From the NCBI RefSeq assembly GCF_009914755.1, contig NC_060926.1: a stretch of DNA of 64,000 nt; one strand, written 5' to 3'. A program made the position numbers and the translations under genes. Positions 10,754-24,700 of this stretch are shown here, piece by piece. Position 1 is the stretch's first letter, and each line of letters opens with the position of its first letter. The notes under the pieces were generated by a model. That model worked only from the letters and a program-made list of their open reading frames with translations, ran no database searches and was not told where the DNA came from. This DNA comes from the human T2T-CHM13v2.0 reference genome, Homo sapiens.

Positions 10754-13489
10754 GTGGCTAAGCATATGTTTGAAAACGTAAATCACATTTAAAGATCTGG
10801 CACTGTCTGCTTTGATAAACCATTTATTATTTTATCAGATTAGACTTCTGTTTACAATTTCTATCAAGGCACATTGTTGAAGGACTTCTGCCATTCAAAT
10901 ATATGCATACCTGTGTTTGAAAAGTCTGGTTTTTCATTGTGAAATTTAGCTTTTCAAGGAAATTTATGAAAATGAATACATTTAATTCAGTAATAGTCAT
11001 CCGTTTGGGGCATTATAAACAATTATATCTAGTTTTTGGGAGGAGCAGTGTAAACCAAACAGACTTTAATCACTTGATATTTGTTTCTTCTTGATTTCAT
11101 ATTTAGACCTGTGTCTGTGTTTTCAGTGTAGTGTATCTATTATAATACATTTAATTGGTGTTAGCTTGATTACCAAGAAATGATTACAGGTGGCTAAAGA
11201 CATCTGTGTGATTCTGATTACTGTGTGCTCTCATGTCCTTAAATTCATTTATAGCTATGAGTTTTTCAAGCTGTTTTTAGTATGTCTTTAGACTTATACA
11301 TTTAAATGAAATTCTTAATTTTTAAAAGTTATCACTGCAGAGATTGATGGGATCTAAAATTTAAATTGTTAAGTTAAAGTTGGGAGACATGCTTTTCCTT
11401 TAAGGGCTCAACTTCATTCAATGTCCACGTAATTAGAGTCCTCATGAACTGTCAGGCTCTCTCTTAATGTGTACACTACCATAATTACCTACCCTTCAGA
11501 AATGAACTCAAACACAATTCAAAATATCAGTTATTAAAAATTGTTCCAGGTTAATGGTTAATCCTCTCAAGATAGTTTGAGAGGGATGTAGGGAGAAGAA
11601 TGACTATTATTACCATAGATATGAACATGTTTGTTATCATCTTGTAGACTATGTGAGAAAATTAAATACAATGTCCATAATAAATACTTAGATTTCTTTC
11701 ATATTTTTTAAAGATATGCTCATTGTTAAGATAGATGGGGGCTGTGCAAGATATATCATGTTAAGGTTTTAACATGAAGAGGAATTAATTGGGACTCTGT
11801 TTCATATATTCCACTACATTGAATTGTCACTTAAATCTTATTTAAGCTCTTATACAACATTTTAGGAAGAGTGTGATTAATCTGCTTGTTGACACATTGG
11901 TGAACGTAATGCATGTGGTGAGTAGCCACTGTAAACAGAAAGAAGAATTTAAAAGCATAGCACAATCAAAAATCATCCAAATAACATCTTGAAGATAGTA
12001 GTAAATGTCAACTTAGTCTCTTGTCTTATATTAATTGCCTTGATATTACAAGCAAAGCACCTCTTTTTTGTTAATAAAGTGGATTTTGACATATGAGGAG
12101 GATTATGTAGCTTAGAAGCATAATAACTGACTTAATTTCCTCTTGAGATTATTATTATATAATTAGTTTCAGATAGAGAAGGTGAGATTTATATGACTAT
12201 CAAAACCCCAATGAAATACAACCATTAGTTTAAAGAAAGAAAAATGGAATAAAATATATGTAAAGGTGTATCCATTCCAGCTTATTTATGAAGAAGGTAA
12301 GATGGTGTATTGGGTTATAAATTGATAAAGTGGCTAAAATTCGTTGGTTGTTTACTTTGTATTTGTACTGTGGTAAGTAAACATCTGGCAGGTCTTAACA
12401 TGTTTTATCTTTATAACAACAATATGAGTAATAGTATGTTACTGTTGCCATTGTATAAATGAGGCCTCACCTCAGAATCACACAGCTAATATGTGTGAGC
12501 ATCAAGGATGACACCAGTTTATTCTGCCTTGAAGCCAATAATCTAATAGTTCTCAGTCTGACATTTTCACTGACTGATAATTTAAAAAAATCAAGTGGTA
12601 AACTTTATGTGATTATTTTCTTTTGTATAGTAAGAATGATTGAAAAAGTCTACTTCTATCATCACAATTTTATAAAAGTGGATATTTTAACACCAAATAA
12701 CATGGAAGAACTGAATCTCAAAATAAATAATAGTTATTTAAAGAGAATAAATTAAGCTCCCTGTACATTTTTCCACATTGTACTCATTTTCCTAATTTCA
12801 CCCAAGACTGATGAAAATTTCATCACAAAAAATTTCCCGTAGATTGTGCTTGGATGCCCATCTTACTCTGAACCACTGTGATATGCTGCCTACTCTATGC
12901 ACCCACACAGCTCTGGCCGGCATGGTCATCATATTCATGACTTGATGACATAATGCTTATAGCTTATTCCATTCTCTTCCTAGTTTCAAATAAAATTTGG
13001 ACCTAGGAAAGATGCTAGCACTTGCTTTAGCCTTAGTTTACTGTGTTAATGTTTGTTGAAATGATTGGAAGATTAGGGATGACTTGTTCCTTCTTGGTAG
13101 TTAACTGCCATTTACTGACACTAAGATGGTGCCACTCTGTGTCCTGGGATTGGAAATGAATATTGGGCAATGACAAAAAGAGCTTGTCAGAACTAATTTC
13201 TCCATCTTCCCTCCAAAAAACACATCCCAACTTGTACGGGTCAGTTTGCTCCATTTTTACTTCTTTGCCTTGGCGAAAGTGAAGCAGGTTTGGTTAGTGC
13301 TCTTGTAAAACTGGTGGTTGGTTTTACATCCCAGGTTGCTTTAGATAGTGTCTATTTGGGCCATCAAAGAGGAAAAGAATACTGGTGGAGTGTGTGAAAT
13401 GTGGCTAAATTGACCTAAGACATTAGTTTCATTTCTACCAAAGCAGGTTGTAAATCCAAATTACCTTGAGTTTATTTATTCATTGTAGT

Positions 13490-13610
13490 TACAGGTGTTC
13501 AGGTCCCGCTGATACAGAGTCTCATTTAACTGGGATGGATCCACAGAATCTACCTTTATGCACATTTTCCTATGTGATTCTGAGGTGCAGTGACATTTCA
13601 AGCAACTAAT
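13490..13610. mobile_element. MER5-like (hAT-Charlie) fragment
   Basis: GAATCTACC..TTT..GTGATTCTGA.GTGCAGTGACATTT.A.G.AACTA resembles a MER5 terminus. Confidence 0.45.
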
Positions 13611-13639
13611 CTGCTTGTAGTATATCACTTAACAGATTT

Positions 13640-13830
13640 ATTTAACAAAACACAGCAATTACTATGCCCCAGAGTTGTTCTAAGTGCTTTGCAGATATTG
13701 ATTCATTTAATCATAAAGACCTTCAAAAGTAGATTTTATTAGTATTCTTATTTTAGAGACAAGGAAAGTGAGTCACAGAAAGGTTAAGTAAGTTGGCCAG
13801 TGTAAGAAGATCAGTGGAAGGGCAAGGATG
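13640..13830 (-). mobile_element. MIR
   Basis: GTTCTAAGTGCTTT...CATTTAATC...AAGGAAA.TGAGTCACAGAAAGGTTAAGTAA MIR core. Confidence 0.8.
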
Positions 13831-13865
13831 ATGTTAATTTTGATAAAATAATTAAAACTACCTAC

Positions 13866-14178
<313 letters not shown>

Positions 14179-17138
14179 GTGCTTTGAGCCACAAAACTTG
14201 AAGTAGCAGAATTGAAAACAGAACACAGATTTCTATGTCTTTTCCCTATTTGAGTAAGTTTTGCCTTTGAAAGTGAAGGAAGAAAAGCTGATATTTCTCG
14301 AGTTGGAAAATTTTTAAAAAGTTTATATTTTAGAAGTTGTTGCACCAGATAAATAAATATAATTATGAATGGGATAGTAAACATGGAAAAATCAGAGTGG
14401 TTTTCCTCAAGTAGTGTCATCATTGACTTGGCCTCTAATTAGACCAAAACAATATTAATAATCAGTAATACATAATGTTGCAGACAAGAATATTTTTAAA
14501 AGATTTGGAAAATAAACAGCTGTTTGTTTCAATCCATAACAAAATAACCATATATACTTCAAATACGTAACTAAGATTTACATCTTTATACTAAATAAGA
14601 AACAATTTATTTTCCTGTAATGCTCCTCATAAGATCTTTAAGTTACATTAGGAAATATTCATGTTTATGGAAGGATTGGGGAAATTCTACCTAAATTTAT
14701 GGATTTTTTCTCAATAATTTTTGTAAGCTTTGTATAAGATGGAATATTTGTAATTTATAATCACTTGTGAAAAGTGATGTATTGATCTTTAACAAAGTAC
14801 ATTTTCTCCTTTCTGTTATTTAATATTTTTGTTTAATACACTAAAATAATCTTGTAAAATGGCTTTTCTTTGGTGTTTTTTAAAATGAATTTTATTTTAG
14901 ACCGATGTTTGATTAAATTATGTAAATTATTTGAATTCTAAACCCCCAATAATGAGTCATTCCACTTGTGTGGTTTAAAAAAGAGTTAAAAATCGGCATT
15001 TAGAAACAATGTGATTTCCAATTCAGTAAATGATTTAAGGGTTTATGGGGTTACTGACTATTCTACTTTCAAGACTCACTACCATCTTTTCTCTTTTTCT
15101 TATAGCAAATTTCACCAGGATTCCTGAGACTTATATTTCTTCGATTCTCTTGATCATTCAGTCTCAAATAGGATTATATATCACTTGTCCTGAAAAATAT
15201 TAGAAACAGTCTGTCACTGAATATGGTGCAGATTTTATTCATATGTTATAGATTTTAAGCATACCTTTTGATTTTTTTCTTAAGGTAAATACTGTATTTA
15301 TTATTTTTTAGTATTCTTTTTCTTTGCTCCATATCTTGTTCTTTGTTCTTCTTTCCATTCTTCTTCATGGTGCTTTTTGCTTTAAATTGTCTCTCTTTTA
15401 TGACTTAATAAATCTTCATGTAGCCAGACTGAACTATGTATTGGTTTCCTTGATTCTGGTAAAACAAAACAAAACAAAACAAAAAACAAAAAAGGAAATT
15501 AAAAAAGGCTGTTCATTTAATCATTTAGTTTCTGAATAGGTAAGAGACACTATAGCTCTTGCATCTAGGTCATTTAACAGGTGGAAGGGGATGCTAAATT
15601 TGCATCTCATTACCTTTGTCTACTTTTAGAATTGTGTGCTTGGGCCCTGTGGTCAGTTGGCAGGTGGCAGGCCATGGCTCCAAAGGAATGCCGTGTTATT
15701 TGAGGGGATGCCAATTTCACTTGCCACACGGTTCTCACATTACTTGGTCAGACTTTTTAAAAATAAAACAACCAATATATGTTTCATTATTTATGCTAGA
15801 TTACTGACTTCACGTCAAAAATCATTGTGATATTGATAGGCTGTGATAAATAATTTTAACAATTTATATTCTGTGGTACCCACTGTCAGACTTATGGATA
15901 GTATTTCCTCTATTTTGGTAACCTAGAGCAGACATTTTGTCAAAAATTTTTAAAAGACTTTTATTGTTGTGCACTAAAGTTGAGATGAATTGTAGGTAAT
16001 TGGATGGTACAGCTGAATTAACACATTGAATTGCTAGTTATGAGACACTTCATTTGCTGTTGCAGACAACAATAGGCCCATTTTTGCTTCTACAATGCAC
16101 AAATTCTTATTATCTATATAAAATGCTAATTCAAGTGGGATAACATGTATACATCATTTCCATTCCTTTTGTAAGGAAAACTAACTTCCACAAATGTAAA
16201 ATATTTGCAAATATCTCAAATAATTTTGAACTTCAATTAATCTTTTTTTGCAAATGTTAATCAGTTTTCTCATTTTCCACAAAAAGAACAGGATATAAGG
16301 CATTTCAAACATGAAATCAGTAGTATCAATTTTACCCTGTGTCCCTTAAGGTCTGTGCAGATGGGCAATTCACATTTATCTCAACAGAGATCCTTATTTG
16401 AATCATTCTGAAGAACATTATTACTATCATGATTATGGTGACATGCAATAGTGTAATAATTTTGTTGGCTCTTGGGTTTTTTTCATTAAGACTTTTTAAA
16501 GTATAGCTTCTTCGTTTTCAATAGATGAGTATCCATTTTAAGAGGAAGGAATAAGAACTATTTTTATCTAAACTATCTCCTGAAAACTCATTAAGTCAAG
16601 CATTAAATGGAGGGATTAAAAGTTATAAAACTATTACAAATTGTAGAGAGTAAAGGAAGGCAAAGGAAACTGCCTAGAATGTAGTGGGGGGTCGAGGCAG
16701 GGGGAGGTGGGTTGGTGGCTTGAAGTTGAGGAGATTCACTCTGCCCATATTAAGCCCCCAAAGGCCTGAGGCTCAATAATGTTGAAAAAAGTAAAGAACA
16801 GAAATGAGAGTCTGGGGCTAAAACAAAATAATTTATCAAACATGTATAGATGAAATAGCCTTGTATTCACAACTCTATTTTCTATGTAAACATCTCTATA
16901 GTAAGTTTTTCTCACTCACTCACCTAACTATCCACTCTTAACATGTACTAACTAGCAAGGGACAGCAAGGGCAACTAAGGATGGGTCTTAGAAAAACAAT
17001 GCCTCTTTTATTTTGGCACTTACAGTCTTTAAGCCTAATGATCAGCTTTTTGCTTGCCCTAAAGCAAAGTCTTTTAGTCAACAAGACCCACTCAAGTTCA
17101 CAGAGATTTGCACTTTTTATTCCTTTATATTCTTTACT

Positions 17139-17352
17139 TTTTTTTTTTTTTCTTGAGCCAGGGTCTCTTGCCCAGGCTGGAATACAGTGGCATGATCATA
17201 GCTCACTACATGTAACCTCAAACTCCTGGGCTAAAGCAATCCTCCTGCCTTAGCCTCCCAAGGAAGCAGGGCTGCAGAAATGTCTCACCACACCCAGCTA
17301 ACTTTTATAATTTTGTAGAAATGGGGTATCTTGCTATGCTACCCAGGCTGGT
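17139..17352 (-). mobile_element. AluJ, 5'-truncated
   Basis: T-tract then CCCAGGCTGGA.TACAGTGGCATGATCATAGCTCACT...GGGCT.AAGCAATCCTCC. Confidence 0.88.
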
Positions 17353-17394
17353 ATTCCTTCATTCTTAACTACATAAAACAGCAATCAAGGATCA

Positions 17395-18950
17395 CAGACA
17401 TTTAAGATATAATGTAGGAACAAAAATTTTAGAACGTCTGCAACATGAAAAATAAAGAGACCAAGTTAAAGAAACCAGTAACAACAAAATGACTTTGCAA
17501 GAAACACACAGAGGACCATAAAAGAGACAAATATATGTTATTTTTATATATATATCTATATATACACACATATATATGTATATTATATATATATATATAT
17601 ATAATTCTTGAAAAGATCCAGGAAAATATTGCATTCATAAAACAAGTGGATGATATAGAAAAGGAACACTAAATGAGTAAGAAAAACTCTTGGAAATTGA
17701 ATATTTTCAAATATTTTAAGGGAAAATTTGTGATTTTAAATGGAGAAAAATCTATCAATTCTAATAAAAATGAAACAAGATGGAAAATATGAGTCACAGT
17801 GAATCTCCACGAAGCATGACTTCCTAATTGGACGTCTAGTAAGAAAACAAAAAATACAGTTAGAGCAACATTAATGAATTGAGGATAATTATCAAATTTC
17901 TGAGGAAAGGTGATTTACAACTCAGCATACCATACCCAGTCAAAATATCCCGTGTCAGGGTAGAATTAAGACATTTTAAGACATATAAAGACAAACGTTA
18001 TCTTCTTTAAATATAACCTTTCTTGAAAAGTTACTCCAGGTTGAACCTCAGCAAACTATGGTTAAGAAAAACAGAAAGACATGGCATGATGGCTATGTGA
18101 AGTAGTCCAGGAAGGTGAACAAATTGTGTTGTTTCAACCTGGTATAGGATTAGTATAAAGAAATGGAGGGTTTGGTTGGTGGGAGGATTTGGGACAAAAA
18201 GGGGACATTATAGAATATTTAATGTTTAAGGAGTATTTAAAAAGACAAAAAATGTACAAAGAAAAAAAGTAGAAATGTCAGGTAAAACAAAAGAATATGC
18301 AAAAAGGGAAAATAACCATAGGACTTTAGTTGGCTCCAAAATGAATAATATTTTTATATTAAATATACATGGTATTTACTGATTTTCATCTTTTGATTGA
18401 TTTTCAGTCAATCTTACTTAAAATGTGGAAGATAATTGTGGTGATAGAACAAAATGCAAATATTATCAAGACTGACAATGTCACGATAAACATACAGGTG
18501 GCTGAGGTTGGGAATTAGGTATGGGGACTGGAGAGAGTTGAAGGAAAGGTTAGGGATTGGAATAGTAGCATATCACAAAATAGGAGTCAAGAGATAGTGT
18601 CTATAGTTAATATAAGAAATAGCACTGATATAGTCCTTAAAATTACAAAGATAACCAACAAGAGGAATAATGACTACATTAGGAGGAAAGATACAGAGAA
18701 GTTCTGAATATGATGTGAAGTGACTTAGATAATGGCTAAACTACTTTGAGTTTGCTTGGTCAAACTTGCTTTAATTTTTTTGAAAAAAAAAATGTGATTA
18801 TGCTTCGATGAGTGTGTACTTCCCAGATTTCCACAGATTCCAACCACTCTCTGTGGAGGCATCATAATCCATAAAGATATTGGGATTTAAAGATTCCATT
18901 GTAGAGCTAATAAACAATTAAAAGTGAGTTCCTCTGGGGAGAGGAACTGG
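17395..18950 (+). mobile_element. HAL1 / ancient L1 ORF1-related remnant, with (TA)n at 17544-17603
   Basis: A-rich strand. ATATTGCATTCATAAAACAAG, AAAAACTCTTGGAAATTGAA and TTCTGAGGAAAGGTGATTT.CAAC..AG.AT..ATACCCAG resemble HAL1. Confidence 0.6.
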
Positions 18951-19157
18951 TTGGGGTTGAGGGGGTTTACTATATAAAGAAATATAAATTCTTGGCACTT
19001 TTGTCACTGAACGTGATAGCAATAATTCCCTATAGTACTACATTATGGGGCTAAGAGGGGAACATTGGATTTAGTCCTGATAAAGCCATTAATAAACTCT
19101 ATAACATGTCATTTAAGTTCTCTGAATGTCAGTTTCCTCATCTTTAAAGCAACAGGT

Positions 19158-19592
19158 GCTGGGTTTGTAATCCCAGCACTTTTGGAGGCTGAGGTGGGCG
19201 GATCATCTGAGGTCAGGAGTTCAAGACCAGCCTGGCCAACATGGTGAAACCCAGTCTGTACTAAAAATACGAATATATATATATATATATATGTGTGTGT
19301 ATATATATATGTGTGTGTGTGTGTGTGTATATATATGTGTGTGTGTGTGTGTATATATGTATATACACACACACACACACACACACACATTTTTTAGCCG
19401 AGCGTCGTGGCACGCACTTCTAGTCCCAGCTACTCAGGAGGCTGAAGGAAGAGAATCATTTTAACCCAGGAGGTAAAGGTTGCAGTGAGCCGAGATTGCA
19501 CCATTGCACTCCAGCCTGGCAACAAGAGCAAAACTTTGACTCAAAAGATAAAATAAAGTAAAATAAATAAAATAAAATAAAATAAAAATAAA
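19158..19592 (+). mobile_element. AluS (Sq-like) with a compound microsatellite in the linker and a (TAAAA)n tail
   Basis: Both Alu arms are recognisable, with the CCTGGCAACAAGAGCAAAACT end. The linker is expanded at 19273-19390. Confidence 0.93.
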
Positions 19593-20715
19593 TCAACTGA
19601 TATTAAAAAGTCCCCAGTACCACTTTGTAGTCTAATGTTTATTTTGTGAAGATAGGTCTATCATTTTATTGAGAATAAAGTGAACTAGAATTTTTCTAGG
19701 TATAAAGCCTAAGACTGATACAGAGCTCTTACTTGCTCTGGGTCTTTATTAGACTAAAGGTGTTCATTGCCTTCTTAACAATGATCTTCAGTCTCTGTCC
19801 TGTATCCTTTAAGTTTGATTCTTTACTTTGTGTCTAACTGACTTTACCAATCAAATCAGAATCATACATCTTTAGTTTTATGAATGTGTGTAACCAGATC
19901 CTAAATAGAATTGTTTTAATAGAACTTTTTTCATTCTTCAAGGCCTTATTTTCCCACAGCTTAATGTTTTTTTTTGCTGATGTAAAAATGCACATTACAA
20001 GATGATTGTTTAAAAGATCGTATCTCCATTTCACCTGTTTTCCTAAACACTTTCAAAGCACTGAGGAATAATTTGAAACAACATTTTATAGTGGATTCCA
20101 GATAGAGGCAGTACATTTTATAGTTCTCTCTGTTTTTAAACGGTACCAGTTACTGTGATTACCTGATGTGCTTGCAAATTTACAGAAGAATTGGTAAATG
20201 AAGGATGGCCATTTCAGTGTTCACAGATGTGAAGATATTGCCATCTTAGATCAGCAGCTGCTCTTGAAATGTTCACTCCTTAGTATCCTTGGGCTAACAC
20301 TAATTTTGTAGCTGATCAAAATAATTGCTGTAAAGATACTAGCTATTCCTAATTAACGTGAGCATATGGGTAGTTCCCACAAAAAAATTTACTAACCTGC
20401 CGGTTGTTGCTGTGTATGTGTTCATGCTTTAGCATTCTTAACTATGAACATGAATCAGCAAACTAAAAAATAATCATAGTTAGCTTTCTATGGATAGAAA
20501 TGGAGAGAGAGACAGAGAGAGAGAAAGAGAGAGAAATGAGGAAGTTTCCAAGGTTCCCCCCATAGTGTAGGATACGTATACCACAAAAATATATTGTGGA
20601 AAACTGAGAAAAAATACTTTATTTAATTTATGTGGTAAAACCTAGTCTTTTATAGTATAAAAGGATAGGGGATTCTGAACTGAAAAAAAAAAAACAAATT
20701 AACAATGAGGCACTC

Positions 20716-21113
20716 TTTTTTTTTTAAATTATACTTTTAAGTTTTAGGATACATGTGCACAACGTGCAGGTTTGTTATGTATGTATGCATGTGCCATGTT
20801 GGTGTGCTGCACCCATTAACTTGTCATTTAACATTAGGTATATCTCCTAATGCTATCCCTCCCCACTCCCCCCACCCCGCAACAGGCCCCAGTGTGTGAT
20901 GTTCCCCTTCCTGTGTCTAAGAAAATGTGGCACATATACATCATGGAATACTATGCAGCCATAAAAAGCGATGAGTTCATGTCCTTTGTAGGGACATGGA
21001 TGAAGCTGGAAACCATCATTCTCAGCAAACTATAGCAAAGACAAAAAACCAAACACTGCATGTTCTCACTCATAGGTGGGAATTGAACAATGAGAACACA
21101 TGGACAAAGGAAG
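20716..21113 (-). mobile_element. Short L1PA (PA5-7-like) with 5' inversion (twin priming)
   Basis: Antisense 3'UTR at 20716-20917 is joined to a sense ORF2-end segment at 20918-21113. Flanking repeats GAGGCACT(C)TTTT at 20707 and 21113. Confidence 0.93.
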
Positions 21114-21519
21114 AGGCACTTTTTAAAGCTGTGAATATCTGTTTTCTCTTGATAGTTTGTGATTACCGTCTCTCTTGGTCCCCTCATTTTACCATTTTCT
21201 GGGTGATCTTGATTTGAGGACAGTAACTTGTGGGCAGTTAGAGCTCTTTTGTCCTGTTATTTTATGTGGTTGGTGAATCTAAGGTCCATTAAGTTACATA
21301 TTAAAGTTGAAGTTCTTGGCAATTAATTAGGACCTTTTAGCATATTAACTTCCTCTTCATTCTAAGATAAGATAAATGTAGAGATTCAAGTTAGGAGACA
21401 GTAAAACACAATTAAGTGTTAAAGACACAAGTTTAATTTTGTGGTGCCTGGAATCACATAAATGTAGTTTAAAAATTCTTATATCTAATTACTAGAAGTA
21501 TGACAGAAGACAGTTACAT

Positions 21520-21795
21520 AGCCTGCATGGAACTTAGTTACCTCATCTTTAAAATGGAGATAATAGTCATAGTAGATAACATGAATACAACCCAGGTCTC
21601 TTACTGGGCAAGAAGGTCTCTTTTAAGTGCTTTACATAACATTAACTCATTTAATTCTTACAGCACTATGAGCTAGATATTCTCATCCACCTTATAATTG
21701 TAATGACATGAGAGTTGAGGTGACAATGCATGAAATGTACTGATTGTTGTGCTTGGCACTTAGCAGGTGCTCAATAAATGTGAGCTGTTATTTGT
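21520..21795. mobile_element. MIR fragments in both orientations
   Basis: CCTCATCTTTAAAATGGAGATAATA, AAGTGCTTTACAT..ATTAACTCATTTAAT and TGGCAC.TAGCAGGTGCTCAATAAAT. Confidence 0.7.
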
Positions 21796-24700
21796 GTATC
21801 TCCTCTCCGATGGTCCTCTCTTGGTATCTAGTGTGACAGGTGCCTAGTAAATTTGGCCTGCTTAACCGATTTTCGAAATAAAATCTAAGACCTGGAAGAG
21901 TTATTGTAAGGAGTTACTGCAAAATTGGGCCCCAAGTGCCAATAAATAAATAGGAGTTAAAGATGGGACTGAAGCCAAGTGAAGTAGAAACAGTAAAACT
22001 GTGTTAGTGAAATATTGAGAAATCTTACTTGAGAGAAGGGAAGATAAATGTGTGAAGGCAAAGGTGCATTCATTTCATGATAAATATTATGATATTATAC
22101 ACATTATACACAATGCTAAACAATGACCTACCACTTTGCAAAAAAGTGCATCTAGCTGAGAACAAGGTTGATATCTTCTATTTGGGAATTTCCAACATCA
22201 CCGCTGATTTTTGTTAGGTGTTCTGTGTTAAGTGACAGCCATCTTGCATTTCCCCCTTAGTTATTTGATCTGCTTTGACTATGTTGTTTTTCTTGTGGAA
22301 GAGGCTTAGAGAAATTGAAAGATCAATGCTTTTTGTGTGTGTAAAATAGAGAACATTTTAAAACATTGCCATCCCACCCTTCATTTCTGAATGAAAAAGA
22401 TGAAACATTGTATATTTCTTATTCTTTAAAGACACAGATTTTATTTTCGGTATGTGATATCTAGTTTTTAATGATTTTTATACATGCTTATTTGGAGACT
22501 TTCTGCTTTTTTAATGTGGAAGAAAGCATAATTTGAAATAACAAATTGTAATTGATTTCCCATTTAGAAATATTTGAATTCCACTTCTCTTTTCTTATCA
22601 AGTGAGGAGAATATGTTTTGAGCACTGGTATTTTGTCATTTCCTTCATAATAACTTGTGCAAATGATAATTATACATAAATTAATAAACTGCTGGTGGGA
22701 ATTTAATGATGCATCATACTGTTTTTGATTTATTTCCAAATCATTTGCAGAATGTTGAAATGTACAAGGACTAAGTTTTAAATGTAACCTACAACTTCCT
22801 CAGCTCCAAGAACATATTCAGTAAAATAAAATAGTTATTTTTAAAAATGGTGGTACAGAAATAAATTGCATTATGTTTTGTGAGCTTATTATATGAGGAC
22901 ATTATAGGTTATTAAATAGTATTGTATTTATCTGTGTTTAAAAAATGTTTCATATTGCAAGTAAATAAATTATTTTTAAAACCTATTAGAACTTTTGCCA
23001 TGTGATTCAAGCAATTTTCTAGTGCTGCCTAAAATAATGTTGGGTCCTCATTTGCATTTCCTTAGTGCTCCTGTTTCATTCCATCTTGAAGTTTTGTGTG
23101 CCACTTGAAAATACTTTAAAAGTAATTAAAAATAAAATTTTGTTACAAGCTTCAATAACTTTGTAAACAATTTCTACATAAAATATATTTAAAATCAAGT
23201 ACTAACTCCTGCCAATTCTGGGGACCATGCATGAGGTTAACCATTTTCAACCAAGGTTACATGTACTCACAGACAGACAATTGATTCATTTTCTTGTATT
23301 ATTGCATCTATCTGCCAACATATTACACCAATTATAATTATTTTATTTATAGAGTGATAGTCAATTGATAATTAATCCTGTAAGTTCACTTTCAGAACAG
23401 TCTTCATTTTATTCAACACCAAGCACCTTGGAAGTTAGTAAGTCACAAAAGATGTTTTCCATAGTTATAAAATATTTAGCAATATGATTAATTTTACAGT
23501 GTATTCTTCACGAGCATGAAATCAAAGATACACTGTTTCCTAGCACAGGGCAGAGTTGATGCAAACTACCTGTGTGTGTGCTTTTCTGCAAAGCGCTCCT
23601 ATGGAAAGTTGATTTTTCATTTTTCTAAGTTTCCTGGCAGTTTTTAAGTGTGGTCCTCCACGATCTTGGCCTTGGACACCACTAAAACTAAGTATAAATT
23701 ATTGATCTTATTTCATAATTCAGATTCATTCTTGACTTTCAGTTCCTTCATTAACTCTAGAGTTTATTTTGACCTGATATTAGATCAAATTAAATTTTGC
23801 CAGGTGGATTAAAAAAAAATGCTCCTTATCCCAAACCTTACGTTCAGTATAACTTTCTTGTTAGGTTCTAATCAGTTTTAAGTTTTTAACCACCCTCAAA
23901 GCCTTCCTGACACTCTTTTATCCTTCCTCACCCCACACTAACACACTCTAAAACTACTACATGTAGTGGGAGTTACTTTCTGTCTGTTTGCTTTTTATAA
24001 AATCTCATATGTATTTATTACTTACCATTGAAAAATTTTATTATGTGATTTTAATCATGTTGTATTATATGCACTTGCCATTTTACTATAATTCACTAAA
24101 TACCGATGCACTTTTATTTGGCCAGAGGCCTACATCTCACAGTAACTGGGTATATAAAATTGTGGGCCAGTAAAATGCTGCTACATTTTAATATAGAAAT
24201 GACTGTACTTTATTGATGCATGAAATGATTCCTGCTTAAGCAGTCAGTATACATAATCAATTAATAAATGTAGCTAGTGATTTTGAGATCTACATAGTTT
24301 AAGGCACTATGTAAATGCAAGATCAGGCACTTCCAATTTATTGAGATACATACTTACCAGTGGGTTTTCAGCAGTGGGTTCATGCTCATGGCATGCAATT
24401 ATTGAATGCTTTTTGCAATTATAAAACCCTGGGGGTCCACTGGCCAAAATTTAGTTTTGTGGGTGTGTCTGCACTTCTGCTTGCTTCCTGTGAAGTGTCT
24501 GCCCTACTGAAGTCTCATACTATCAAGATAATTGTTCTCTCATTCTTGCTTCTGAGAATTATTTTCTCAATCAGGAAAGAGTAACACCTGCGAAATAGAG
24601 CTACATGTTTTCATGAGGCTATTCTATCAAGAAAGGATGTCTTTGTAACATAAACAAACACAAAAATCATCTGTCTATATGAACAGTGTTCCAAATGTAT

